Assembly (NCBI GenBank): GCA_012295275.1
Contig: CM022676.1
Coordinates: 11,532,001-11,596,000, forward strand
Direction of reading: 5' to 3'
DNA length: 64,000 nt
DNA from: Chrysomallon squamiferum
Taxonomy: Eukaryota > Animalia > Mollusca
The position numbers and the translations under genes were made by a program. The stretch's first letter is position 1. Each line of letters opens with the position of its first letter. Below, piece after piece: positions 1 through 12,667 of this stretch. The notes beneath the pieces were generated by a model. It saw only the letters and a list, made by a program, of their open reading frames with translations, searched no databases and was not told the DNA's origin.

Positions 1-3000
1 GGGTCGAATGCCTCGCTTTCACATGTTCCTCTAGCTTGTCTGACGTGAAGAATGTTCTAGAGCAGGAGGGACAGCTGTACGTCACGTGACCGGCGTGAGT
101 CTTCCTGTGAGCGCGCAGGTTGCTGCTCACACTGAAGTGGCGGCCGCACACGGGACACGTGTAGGGTTTCTCTCCGGTGTGAGTTCTCCGGTGAACGGTC
201 AGCTTGCTGCACTTGGAGAAGCGCTTCGGACAGTGCGGACACGTGAAGGTCTCTCGCCCGTGTGTTGACGTCTGTGCACGCTGAGGTCCCCCGCGAAGTT
301 GAACGCCGCCCCACACACGTCACACACGTGTGATTTACGCTGCGTGTGGACCAGCACGTGCTTGCCCAGTCTGCCCGCGTCGGTGAAGGTTTTCTCACAC
401 ACCGGACACTGGTGGGTTTCCTCTCTGGTGTGTGCTCTAACATGTCTGTTTCGAACCCCGGAATCGGTGAACCGTTTGTCGCAGAAGGGACAGACGTACG
501 GCTTTTCGTGAAAATGACTTCGTCTGTGCACTTTGAGGTGACACGTCTGTCTGAACGTCCTGCCACACACGTCACAGACGTGTTTAACGTCACGAGTTTT
601 CTCACCACGCTCGTCTCCATGGCGATTCTTCACGTGTTTTCTGAGACCACCGCGAGTACAGAAGCGCTGACGACACACAGGACAGGAGTTAGGTTTCTGA
701 CCTGTGTGAGTGTTCACGTGTTCCTTCAGCTGAACAAACTTTGTGAACGATTTCTCACAAATTTCACACTGATGTCTTCTCAAGCATTCTTTACTTTCTG
801 GACACTCGCTCTGAACAGGTTTTGGTTCTGGCTCATCCTGATGTGACTTTTCGTTACAAACAGACTGGTCTAACTGTAAGATTTTGTCAGATGACAAAGG
901 TTTGTTGTGATCTGGTTGATGATAAATCTGGCTGTCTTCCACTGGTTTCTTGCACTGTTCAGTCTCCTGACTGCAAACACTGCGCTTCTCTTCACAGCTT
1001 TTCTCACAGGTTTTACTCATGAATGGTGATGCTGTAGCTGTGTCTGACATTTTCTTTTTCTCGATGTTGTCTGAGTGGATGTGGAGGTGAGCTCTCAGGT
1101 TGCTGGACACTGCGAATGTTTTGAGACAAACCGAACACGAGAACGGTTTCTCTCCAGTGTGAACGCGATAGTGAACTTTGAGCTTGCTTGATTTGCTGAA
1201 ACCTTTCCCACACCTGTCACACACGTACGGACGTACACCAGTGTGTGAGCGCATGTGAACCTGCAGCTGGCTGGAATGGGAAAAGCTCTTGCCACACACA
1301 GAACAGCGATGAGGTTTCTCCTTTGTGTGGGTTCTTGTGTGACATTTGAGAGAGTAGGAATCAAGAAATGACTTGTGACATGTGACACACGTGTGTCTGC
1401 GTGTGTCTGTGTGTACTCTGGTGTGACGTCTCAGAGACGAGACATCTCTGTAACATTTGAGACACTGACGACACTGATACTGTCTGTCCGCATGTCCGTC
1501 ACAATTCACAGAATTTTCTAATTGACTGTCAGTATTCATAGAGTTATTCCTAGAATTTTCTAAACACTGGTCACTATTCATAGAGTTATTCATAGAAACT
1601 TGTGAACTTTGGTCAGTATTTGTAGAATTATTCCCAGAACTTTCTAAACTGTGGTCAATATTTACAGAATTATTTCTAGATTTTTCCAAACAATGGTCAG
1701 AACTGTTCACAGAATGATCTAGATGATAGTCACGCTTTTTAGAATTATTCCTGGAACTTTCTGGTGGGTGGCAAACATTTTTCACACGATTAGAATCGTT
1801 TACCTGACGTCTGCTGTCTGTCAGGTTAGAGTCACAAACAGAAAACTTGTTTGAAATTTTACTCTCGTCTCTTTTCTCTTTGATTATAATTTCTTTCACT
1901 TTCTCACAGTTTACAGTTTTAGTTGGATCTTTCTCACAGTTGATAGTTTTCCTTGGATTTTTCTCAAAGTTTATAGTTTTAGTTGGATCTTTCTCATAGT
2001 TTATAGTTTTCCTTGGATCTTTCTCATAGTTGATACTTTTGTTTGCATCTTTCTCATAGTTTACAGTTCTGTTTGCATCTTTCTCATAGTTTACAGTTCT
2101 GTTTGCATCTTTCTCATAGTTTACAGTTCTGTTTGGATATTTCTCATAGTTTATAGGTTTAGTTGGATCTTTCTCATAGTTCACAGTTCTGTTTGGATAT
2201 TTCTCATAGTTTATAGGTTTAGTTGGATCTTTCTCATAGTTTACAGTTCTGTTTGGATGTTTCTCACAGTTTACAGTTTTTATGTGTGTTTTGTCACTCA
2301 CTGAAGAAGATGTCTGTGTAGCTGCTCTGCTGCTCACACTGGGGTGTAGGGACAAGCTGTTCACACTGGGGTGTAGGGACAAGCTGTTCACACTGGGGTG
2401 TAGGGACAAGCTGTTCACACTGGGGTGTAGGGACAATGATCTGTGATCTGTTTCTGACGTCCTGTCCAAAGATTGTGTACGAAACTGAAAAAACTGATTT
2501 TCAGAATTTACAGAGAACTCAGTCTGATGTGACTTTGCAGACTTGTGAAGGTAATTTTGAGTGTGTAAAAGAAAATCTGTGCAGGTACTGCAGCTTTTTT
2601 CTTTTTTAGCCGCAGCTGTTACTCTGACAGTATCCGACTGTTTAGGAATTGCACTAAAATTGTCCTCACTGCTGTGTTGACTGACTTCGGTTCTGCCTGA
2701 GTGGAGATTTGAGCCTGAGGCCGTCTGTCTGCCATGAACATCACTTGTGTGATCAAGAAAGAACTGCTCAAGAAATGGATCCAGTCTGTCTGCAAGTGTG
2801 TTTGTCTGTAGGTCTGTGTGCGAGTCTATGCTGAGAAAGGACGACACAGAAAATGGTCTGCACGGTGGTGACATGACGATGTTGTCACTGCTGTAGCTGT
2901 GAGACACGGGTTTTGATGTTGTGTGTGGTGTTACGGGAAGTGGAAGCACTAACTGAGGATCTGGAAAAATCACCGACTGTTTTGTTTTCTCTGCTGCTGA

Positions 3001-3710
3001 AGTCTCAAACAAGCCTCTGTCCAGCGATAACCTGTACACAGGTGCGAACGAACGCATGTGTTCGCGGTTCACTGGACACAGAGGCGCAAATGAACGGACA
3101 TGTTCCGAGTTCACTGGACAGAAAGGTGCAAAAGAACTTAAATATTGAGAGCTAGCTGGATCTGGAACGCTGGGGAGAGGCAGTGTCAGTGACGGAGGGT
3201 TTCTAGAACACTCTGGAAGAAAGCTTTGTTTGTCTGGGAGGTCAGAGGTCAGCTGCTGCAAGGTGAGTGATGGTGAGGACTGACACTTGACCGGTCCGGT
3301 TGAGTCAGGCTGCTGTTGTTAGAGAAGATTCTAGAAGTCTGTGAGCTGAGACAGAAGTCAGGACTTAGAAAAGATTTCTGCAGCTGACTGAGAGCAGCGT
3401 TTTGAATGATCTGTCTCATGCTCAGCCTGGGGTCCACGCCGATGATCTGCGCCAGGGGACCCTGCAGGTGGGGGGGTCGCTCCACCACATTCTGTGTGAC
3501 GTTCGGAGGAATCACCTTCCCAGACTGAGTCTTGTTCACGTTCCCTCTCACGTCAGCATCGTCAGCATGCGCAGCACACAGTTTCCTGTGTTTTGACTGA
3601 CGAAGTGAACAGTCAAAACTTGTCTTCTGACTCATCGTCCTTTCAACTGAACCATACTGGCACCCACCTTCCTCTCCCACCTGTACCCAACACCCAACCC
3701 ATGTCTCCAC
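1..3710 (-). CDS. Multi-C2H2 zinc-finger protein (at least 14 fingers in two clusters), 3'-truncated by the window edge, with two apparent 1-nt frameshifts
   Basis: ORF 199..3261 has 11 CxxC-x12-Hxxx(x)H fingers with TGEKP-type linkers (HTGEKPFSC, HTKEKPHRC, HTGQKPNSC). Adding one base near 247-250 continues the frame as [54 protein letters not shown]...CPSCSRTFFTSDKLEEHVKARH to position 1 (3 more fingers). ORF 3249..3710 overlaps the 5' end in another frame and is probably the N-terminus (1-nt shift near 3262). The true start codon is uncertain. Confidence 0.88.
1895..2285 (-). repeat. Coding 30-bp minisatellite (10-aa unit such as KTVNYEKDPT / RTVNYEKDAN, about 13 copies) in the zinc-finger gene
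   Basis: Period-30 repeat ttctcatagtttacagttctgtttgcatct, visible directly and in the translation. Confidence 0.92.
2335..2437 (-). repeat. Coding 27-bp repeat (SLSLHPSVN x4)
   Basis: cacactggggtgtagggacaagctgtt repeated about 4 times. Confidence 0.9.
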
Positions 3711-3754
3711 CCTTTAGTCCTGAATCCATCTTTTCACACCTTATTGTTGAATCA

Positions 3755-3975
3755 ACCTTCTTACGTATTTATTCCTGAATCCACCTTCTTGCATATTTAT
3801 TCCTGAAACCACCTTCTTGCATATTTATTCCTGAATCCATCTTCTTACATATTTATTCCTGAATCCACCTTATTGCATATTTATTCCTGAAACCACCTTC
3901 TTACATATTTATTCCTGAATCCACCTTCTTACGTATTTATTCCTGAATCCACCTTATTGCATATTTATTCCCACC
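3755..3975. repeat. 28-bp minisatellite, about 8 copies, upstream of the zinc-finger ORF
   Basis: Unit ccaccttcttgcatatttattcctgaat. The length is not a multiple of 3, so it is likely non-coding. Confidence 0.88.
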
Positions 3976-4262
3976 ATCTTTTGGAAACTACCGATCACTT
4001 GCATGTTTTCTTTTAGCATTCTCTGTAATTATAAAAAAAATATAATAATAACAAAAAATGAAAAAATACATACAGTAAAAATATTTCTGAAAAAGAAAAA
4101 TTCTAATTACCTTTGAATTTAGTTTAAGAAAAGTTTAAGTTTATGTGAAGTGTTTGTTACTAACATGATAGATTAAAATTATCGAATTCTTTTATACTAA
4201 CATAAATTATTACTTGTTTTCATTTTTACACTGCTAACAGCAAATCTTTAAAATATTTCTTA

Positions 4263-4300
<38 letters not shown>

Positions 4301-4926
4301 TATACACTATAAAACATTAAAAACTGAAATTTAATATCAAAAAATGTGTGCTGCATTAGATTTATTCGACACTTATTATTTATTCTCTTTTCTTTTTTTT
4401 AACAACAACAAATGAAAACTTCATCTGTCCAGGTTTAGCAAGGAGATGACTAAAACAACAAATTTACTGTTAATAACTAAATAAGTAAGTAAACCTGTTG
4501 ACACTGACAGTACTGCGAAAATAACTGAAACACCAACTTTCTTATTTAGCTTGTTATTCCTTCTTCCTCATCTAGATTCGTTAAGCCTTTCTTTCTTAAA
4601 AATAAAATAAGTTCTTCTAACATAATTAAAATAAAAGCCTAGATCTCAAAACTTCGGCAAAACTTTTATTGTTTTGTTTTTGTTTCTTCCATTGCAATTT
4701 CGTCACAAATGTAATTTCCTTCATCGAAACATGGCGCTCCACAATACAAATAAAAATTTAGGTTCTAAAATTTACCTACGATGTTAAATATACGATAATC
4801 AAACTACGAAATGAAAGTAGAGTCTTCTTATCTCTTAGTTATTCTGCTCATAAACCTTAATTTTCTATTAATTTATAAAACAAGTTATTTAATTAGCTTA
4901 TTTGAACTTGTTTATCCATATACCAT

Positions 4927-4978
<52 letters not shown>

Positions 4979-5394
4979 AAGCTTTAGGGTTTTTTTAATT
5001 ATTATTATTATTTTATTTTATTTTTATGTCTTGATTTTATTACTAATTTTATACACCAGTATCTATCACATGTAGTTTTGGTAGGAATGTTACTTTTTAA
5101 GCTTTTTGATCAGAAATGAATTACCTTGACTTTCTAAACCCACGTGAATTTAACTTCCCGCCAGATGTTCGCTGAAGAGGACAGATCAGTTTTGTAGCGA
5201 GTCTGTGTAATCCTGTCTTCATGTTACGTCTGCTCCAGAGCTCAGAGATGTTAACCAACTTCACAACATCTGACACAACATCAGTATGGTAAATATACTT
5301 TTTTCTTCATATTTTGTTTTTTATTTTTATTTTTTTATTTTTTGAGATCGTTGTAGCAGGACATACAACAACATTCTTAGTTGTTTTTTTATTT

Positions 5395-5429
<35 letters not shown>

Positions 5430-5651
5430 CCATTTGTATAAATTATTTCCAACGTTAAAAACTGTTTTTTCATTTTTTATCTTTTTTTTTTTTTTTTTTT
5501 TTTTTTTGTATTCCTACTGTCTACAAAAATAATGTACGTAAAATACAACATATTAATAATATATAATTGTGTTTTAAAATGAAAAGTTAGCGATGTAACG
5601 AAATCTATGGTAGAGAGTTCAAAATTTGAATTCCACGAAAGGAAATATTTC

Positions 5652-5659
5652 TGACGTCA
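5652..5659. promoter_or_regulatory. CRE/ATF palindrome TGACGTCA upstream of gene A, with equivalents upstream of B (14413-14420), C (TTACGTCA 23536-23543), D (30044-30051) and F (47614-47621)
   Basis: 8-bp CRE about 155-250 nt upstream of the ATG in five paralogs, perfect in A, B, D and F, with one mismatch in C. Function is not demonstrated. Confidence 0.5.
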
Positions 5660-5824
5660 TTAATTAGATTACGCAGCATGTTCCGTCATCTGCGCATTTC
5701 TTAGGCTTGACATCCTTTTTATATCTTTAAAACACAGAAATCTGCAAACATATATATATATATTTTTTTTTCTTTAGTTAAATTGTTGACAGTGATTAAT
5801 AAGTGAAGTTTTGAAATTATTACA

Positions 5825-7825
5825 ATGTGGCAGCCATATAAACTTAGGTTCATTTTATGTCTACAGCTAAGTCTAAGGTATGTGTTTTTGGTTATATGTA
5901 TAGCCTTTTCATTTCACGTGTACAAACTGACCAGTTAATGAACTTCCTCATTCAAATATATGTTCTGTGAAACGAAGAAGAAGAATAAAAAAAAAAAAAA
6001 TAAATAAATAAATAAATAAATAATAATAAATGGTGAAACATTTGGGCTTTTCAAGAAAACATGTTGGGGATCATTCATAATAACTGATATCAAGTTCTGC
6101 TGTGCTGCCTTGAATACTCGTCAGCAAGTTAACAAAGTCTTAATAATTAGTATGTATGTATATAGGTTATTTAAGTATATGTATGTATGTATAGATGTGT
6201 GTATGCACATATGTATGTATACGAATATGTATCTATTTGTACACACACACACACACACAAACCAAGCAGTAGTCAGATATATATAATATAAATGTATATA
6301 GTTGAGTGTAGAAAGACATATTACAACAACTACTGTTTATTTTATTCACAGTTTCCTTATAATATCAGCGGAGAGCATTAACAACACAGAAATCTGTGAC
6401 AACACTGACAATACTGAGAATACAAAGACCATTGAAAACAGAAATGTCACTGACAATACTGACAATAGAGAGAGCACTGAAAACAGGAATGTCACTGACA
6501 ATACTGGCAGAACACTAACAACACTGCCAAAACAACAGAGAGCATTGAAAACAGGAATGTCTCTGACAATTCTGACAATAGACAGAGTACTGATGTCATT
6601 GAAAATACAATTGATAATTGAAAACAGGAATGTCACTGACAATACTGACAATAGAGAGACACTAACAATACTGCCAGTACTGACAATAGAGATACCACTG
6701 AAAAAAATGTCATTGATCATTGAAAACAGGAAGAGCACTGACACTGACATTACTGACAATACACAGACCACTGAAAACATGGATGTCACTGACAATACAG
6801 ATACCACTGAAAACAGGAATGTCACTGACATTACTGACAATACAGACAATACCACAGACCACTGAAAACAGGAATAATGTCACTGACAGTACTAACAATA
6901 CTGACAGTACTGACAAACTGAGGATACAGAGACCACTGAAAAACGGGACAATGTCACTAATAATACTGACAATACAGAGACCACTGAAAACATGGATGTC
7001 ACTGACAATACTGACAACACAGATACCACTGACAAAACATTACTGACAATGACCACTGAAAACAGGAATATCAATGACAGATGACCACTGACAAACAGGA
7101 ATAACACTGACATTACTGACAATACAGATACCACTGAAAACAGGAATGTCACTGACAATAGAGAGAGCACTAACAATACTGACAATACTGAGAATACAAA
7201 GACCACTGAAAACATGGATATCACTGACAATAGAGAGAGCACTGAAAGCGTAGGTGTATGCAACTCACAACACTATTTAGGTAGGAAACCCAAAACAAAC
7301 AGATATTTCAATTTTCTTTAACGTTTGATTACACTGAATCACTTACCAGCCTTCACTATTCTGAAATGTGTCTAACCACCATAACTGAAATTTTGAAATC
7401 TCTAACTTCTCAAAATCACCATCACTATGAATACAATCACAAAAATCACTATCACAACCTGTTACTGCTGCTTTTATTACCAATTCTAGTTTCCTTTACT
7501 ATAACTACCACTATCATTAATAAAACTGTTATGATGTTGATTACTACCACTACTGTTATTACAGCTAATAATACTACTAGTATCAGCACTATTACTACTA
7601 CCGCTGCTACCTCTAATATTACTAGAACTACTAAAGCTACCAGCACCACTATTACTAGTACTATTACTACCACTATTATTTCTGCAGCTACAACTATGTC
7701 TACTACTATTACTGTTACTACCTCACATTGTATTGCTGTTGTACTACAACTACTACAATTACTTCTGTTACCTACAAAACAAAACAGTACTTCTACTTTT
7801 ACTGCATTAACGCCGGTACTATCAA

Positions 7826-7892
<67 letters not shown>

Positions 7893-10800
7893 AAACAGGA
7901 GATAAATTTTTCTACGAAGACGTTCAAGAGGACTGTCCATTTCTCAGAAAGACAAGTGTGGTCAGAGATATGCCAGTAAGATTTGTTTTCTTAAGACAAC
8001 AATTGTAATCAGAGATACGTTGTCTTCTAAATATTTTTCTTTCTCCGAATAAGTATAATAAGTAACACGACAGTTAGATTTGTCTGTATAAATATATATA
8101 TTTCTTAGAACTTCAAATACAGTCAGAGATATGACAGTAAGAGTTGTCTCTGTAGACATGATAATTTCTCAGGACAACAGTCAGAGATACAAAGTATTTG
8201 TCTCCCAGTGTTTGTTTGTCTTTTTCAGTTTAACTTTGTCTCCATTTTGTTCTAGTTACAAGTTAACATTTGTTCATCTACATCTTTCTGTGTTTATCCT
8301 TCTTCGTTTATCATTCTTTCTGTTTCTGTCTCTACTTTCCTCAATAGTTTTATATTTATATATTGGATATTTAAATAGTTTGTACTATTTGTACATGTAG
8401 ATAAGTGTTTGTATATGTAAACAGTTTGTTGTGTTTATATATGTAGATAGGTGTGTATATTTTAAATCTGCATTTATATATGTAGATATGTGTTTTATAT
8501 TTTTATATTTGCTAGGTAGTCAGTGATGGTTCAGAAGAGGACATGGCAGAGCTAAGTTTGCCGCCAGGTTTTGAGTTACGACATTTCGAAGAAACCTGGA
8601 ATATTGGAGTTTGGACAACACAGTTCTTTCCCAGTGGAACACGATTTGGTCCGCTCATTGGAGCTGTACGCATAGAGAAGATGAACGTTTTGGAAGACAG
8701 ATTCCAGGTGAAAGGAAATAGGGAACAGTGATCAAATGATATTTAAATAAGTAAACTAATTGTATACATGCTAACTGACACATATCGATTGTAAATTAGG
8801 AAATTAGATTTCTTACTACAAAACGTTTTGTATATATTACTTTTTTTTAAAAGATTGTTTGATTACCAAGCTGATATATATTTTTAAATCTTATTTTAAC
8901 TAGAAGCAAAACAACTAATTATAACAAAATATACAATAAAATGTTTCCGGTCAGGCAAAGATCTGAACTGGAAGATTATCAGTTAATAGTTACATTTTAA
9001 AACGTTTTGTTGAAAGTTACTTTAGTAATAGTTTCATAAAATTCAGGTCCGGTATTATGTGAATAATGAACCTAAATTTTTGTCAAACTGGTTGAGGTAC
9101 GTCATGTGGTCACCCGCTGTTGCTGATAGCAACCTCGTCAGACGTAGTGATGAGTCAAATATATATTACTACGCAGTGAGAGATATCCAGCCAGGAGAAC
9201 AACTGAAACTGTGGGCCGGATCACTCTTTGCCGAGAGTATAGGTCAGCCAGGATCTTGTAGAAATATTAAACATGACGGTAAGTACAAACAGCAAACAGT
9301 AATGACAACAACTGCTAATACTACTACTACTACTACTGCATCTATCATTACTACTACAAATACCTCTAGAGCATGTATTAGTATTGCTATGACTACTACT
9401 ATGACTAACATGAATGCTTCTAAGAGTTTTACTTCAACTAAGACTTCTAGTGTAACATTACATACACTACATTATTTCTTTTTATCTTTTAAATTGATTT
9501 CTTTTTTTTTTTTTTTTAAGAGTCGTGCTGGCCATTTTTTTATCACTGTGAAAAAGGATCATGTTTGATTGACAGCTGCTCACTGGAGGAGGGCGTGGTT
9601 TTAGAACATCTTGAAATGGAAGAAGAGATGAAAGTAAAGGAGGATGAGAAAGGTAAGTAATTGCTGTTAGTAAGTTAGTAATAATAACACTATTGTTAGT
9701 AAGTTAGTAATAATAACACTATTGTTAGTAAGTTTGTAATAATAACACTATTGTTAGTAAGTTAGTAATAATAACACTATTGTTAGTAAGTTAGCAAATA
9801 ACTTCTATTTTTCAAGATATCGATGCTTTGCGATTCTTGAGCACACCAGAACTCAAATTAACTGAGTGGTGACTCATAGATGAAATGTTTTCTTTCAGCA
9901 CACAGACAGACACACACACATACACAGAAACACCACACAATACACACACATACAACAGAGACAGCAACAACATACGAACACACACAGACACACAAACACA
10001 CACACAAAAATATACACATGCAAGTTTGAACTTGAAGAAACGTGTCGCTCATTATTACTTGCACACAGCAAGATTTGGGTGGAATGGGTAAACACAAAAC
10101 CACTCTGCTATCAAAATTATTTTGTTGCCATATTCATACATTTCATTTCAGCAACTGGCTACAGCTCATATCCTGACCTTTTTGAACCTTTATATGTTGT
10201 TAGAAACATTAAGGTAAATAAATAATTAAAATTGTTGTCTTCATGTTACAAGCAAAAATAGTGTGAGAAAATCAGAGACAGAGCATTTCTTAATTTTATT
10301 ATTGTTGTTTTTCAACATTTATTTGTTTATTTACATTTAGTCAGTGCTGTGTACGACATTACTTTTATACAGTGCTGTGTATGACTACGTTTACATAGTG
10401 CTGTGTATGAGATTACATATATACTGTGCTGTCTATGATATTACATTACACAGAGCTGTGTTTGAGATTACATTTATACAGTGCTGTGTATGTGATTACA
10501 TTTATACTGTGCTGTCTATGAGATTACATTTATACATTGCTGTGCATGACGTTACATTTATTTAGTACTGTGTATGACATTACATTTATACAATACTGTG
10601 TATGACATTACATTTATACAATACTGTGTATGACATTACATTTATACAGTACTGTGTATGACTACGTTTATACAGTACTGTGTATGACTACATTTATACA
10701 GTACTGTGTATGATATTATATTTATACAGTACTGTGTATGAGATTACATTTATACAGTACTGTGTATGACATTACATTTATACAGTACTGTGTATGAGAT

Positions 10801-12521
10801 TACATTTATACAGTACTGTGTATGAGATTACATTTATACAGTACTGTGTATGACATTACATTTATACAGTACTGTGTATAATATTATATTTATACAGCAG
10901 TGTTTTATGACAACATGTATATGATATTACAGTATACAGTGCTTTTGTACATTTGCTCTTTGTTACAAGAATGGTTTGTGATGATTTAATTATATGGATT
11001 ATGATGGAGATTTTTGTAAAAATGTGTTTATGACTGCAGCTACCAATGGATGGTTCTGTAAAAGACAGAGCAATGAGGACTGTGCCTCCGTACATCACAA
11101 TAAAACAATCTAACATAAAAGGAGCTGGTCTCGGTGCGTTTGCCGCACACGATATCCCCAGCAGAATGAGATTTGGTCCGTATGAAGGTCTTAAAATTGT
11201 CGACGTTATGAACAGTGGAGTAAAAAGTTATGCGTGGAGGGTTAGTAAACTGCTAAATAATAATAAACAGAAAAACAAGAACAACAAGAGTAAATAAATC
11301 AATAAATCAAACAGAAAATAAAACAAGGAGGAGAAGAAGAAGAGTGACAACAACTATAATAAGGATAATGACGATAATAACAAGAAAATTAACGAACATA
11401 ATTAGTAATATTGGAGAATACAGTAGACTGTAAGGCTTTAATTTGCAAAAAAAAAAATAAACTAAAAAAAAAGCAACACAAACAAATGAGAGTTCAACAT
11501 TTACAAATCTGTTTGTTGGAAAAGAAAACAATAGTTACGTAATAATACTGATGCATATTAGAGAACACCACAGCAAACAACAGTTGTACAATTAATTGAA
11601 TGTTTACTGTAACAAGAGTCAACCCTGTTATCTCGATTTACTTCTTTGTTTGCTTTTCAATGTAAATGTAAATTATGTTTTACTCGAATTTTAAGTGGCA
11701 AAAATGTTTTCATTTATTAATTCCACAGTGTACCTCGTTTTCCTACATCTGTCGTTTTTTAAGTGATTACTTTGTGTTATCCTGGAAATATTTACGTGTC
11801 CTAACAAGATAATGTACACATTAGATAAACCATCTGAACTTAGTTCAGGTTAACACTTTTAGTCATACAAGCACTGAAAAATAACGAAAACGATTTATTT
11901 CAAATAGTTACTTGGCTTATAATTTCTGTACATAATTACTTCATAAAGATGTTCGAACCCTGAATATATATATATATCGTTTATGACACATGGTTATTTT
12001 AATCACATATCCACTTAGAAATAATAATAATAAAAACAAAAAAAGTTTCTTTTAAATAGTTACTTCGTTTGTAATTACCTGTTGTCGTGGCTACATTTAC
12101 GTCATAGAGAGGTTTTTATGACGTACTTACAGGTCTATTATGAAGGAGACAAATTTTTCTATTGGGATTCTAAACGTGTATCGCTTTCAAACTGGATCCG
12201 TTACATCAACACAGCGAATTATTTCAAAGATCAAAACATGGACACCGTTCAAATCAGAGAGAACATATACTACTACTCGGTACGACCTATTCCGAAGGGA
12301 ACCGAACTGCTCACGTGGTATGGACATTCCTACGATGAAATTATCGGAATAACAACTCGACATAAGGATGATTGCTGGAACTATTTGCTGTTCGGTATCA
12401 TTTTTATATATACTTTAATAAATCAGCTTATTAATTACCATCTCTTTTTTGTTTTATTTTTCTTCTTTTTGTTTTTGTTTTAATCATTATCATCGTAATC
12501 ATACCACTACTACACCTACTA

Positions 12522-12553
<32 letters not shown>

Positions 12554-12667
12554 ACTATTATTCTTTTTTCTTTCTTTCTGTTTTTCTCAGAAACAGCTTG
12601 GCCGTTTTTCTTCATTTGTGCGAAAGGAAACTGTGCGAATCAGCTGACTTGTCCAATAGAGGAATAA
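5825..12667 (+). CDS. Gene A: putative secreted protein, acidic N/T/D/E repeat plus two PRDM9/7-like PR/SET domains; exon 2 frame-disrupted as assembled
   Basis: GT-AG exons 5825-5877, 6352-7280, 7899-7975, 8516-8707, 9047-9278, 9521-9652, 10152-10213, 11040-11240, 12133-12394, 12591-12667. N-terminus MWQPYKLRFILCLQLSLSFLIISA-ES is signal-like. Domain 1: AELSLPPG..GVW..RFGPLIG..SNWLRYV..IYYYAVRDIQPGEQLKLW. Domain 2: GAGLGAF..RFGPYEG..YAW..SNWIRYINTA..NIYYYSVRPIPKGTELLTWYG. Ends CAKGNCANQLTCPIEE* followed by AATAAA. Exon 2 has compensating frameshifts and an in-frame TGA at 6863-6865. Confidence 0.85.
6380..7245 (+). repeat. Coding low-complexity repeat of gene A exon 2 (TENRNVTDNTD-like units rich in N-x-T sequons)
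   Basis: Recurrent actgaaaacaggaatgtcactgacaatac units. Confidence 0.85.
9661..9795. repeat. 29-bp intronic minisatellite (about 4.5 copies in A; about 9 copies at 18161-18410 in B)
   Basis: Unit tattgttagtaagttagtaataataacac directly after the exon 6 donor. Confidence 0.88.
10340..10945. repeat. 28-bp intronic minisatellite (paralogous arrays at about 18980-19610 in B and about 27780-27965 in C)
   Basis: Unit acagtactgtgtatgagattacatttat, period 28. Confidence 0.88.

Noticed and set aside
57-846. ORFs 57..620(-), 86..268(+), 299..511(+), 346..846(+)
   Set aside because: Alternative-frame or antisense shadows of the zinc-finger CDS with no independent motifs.
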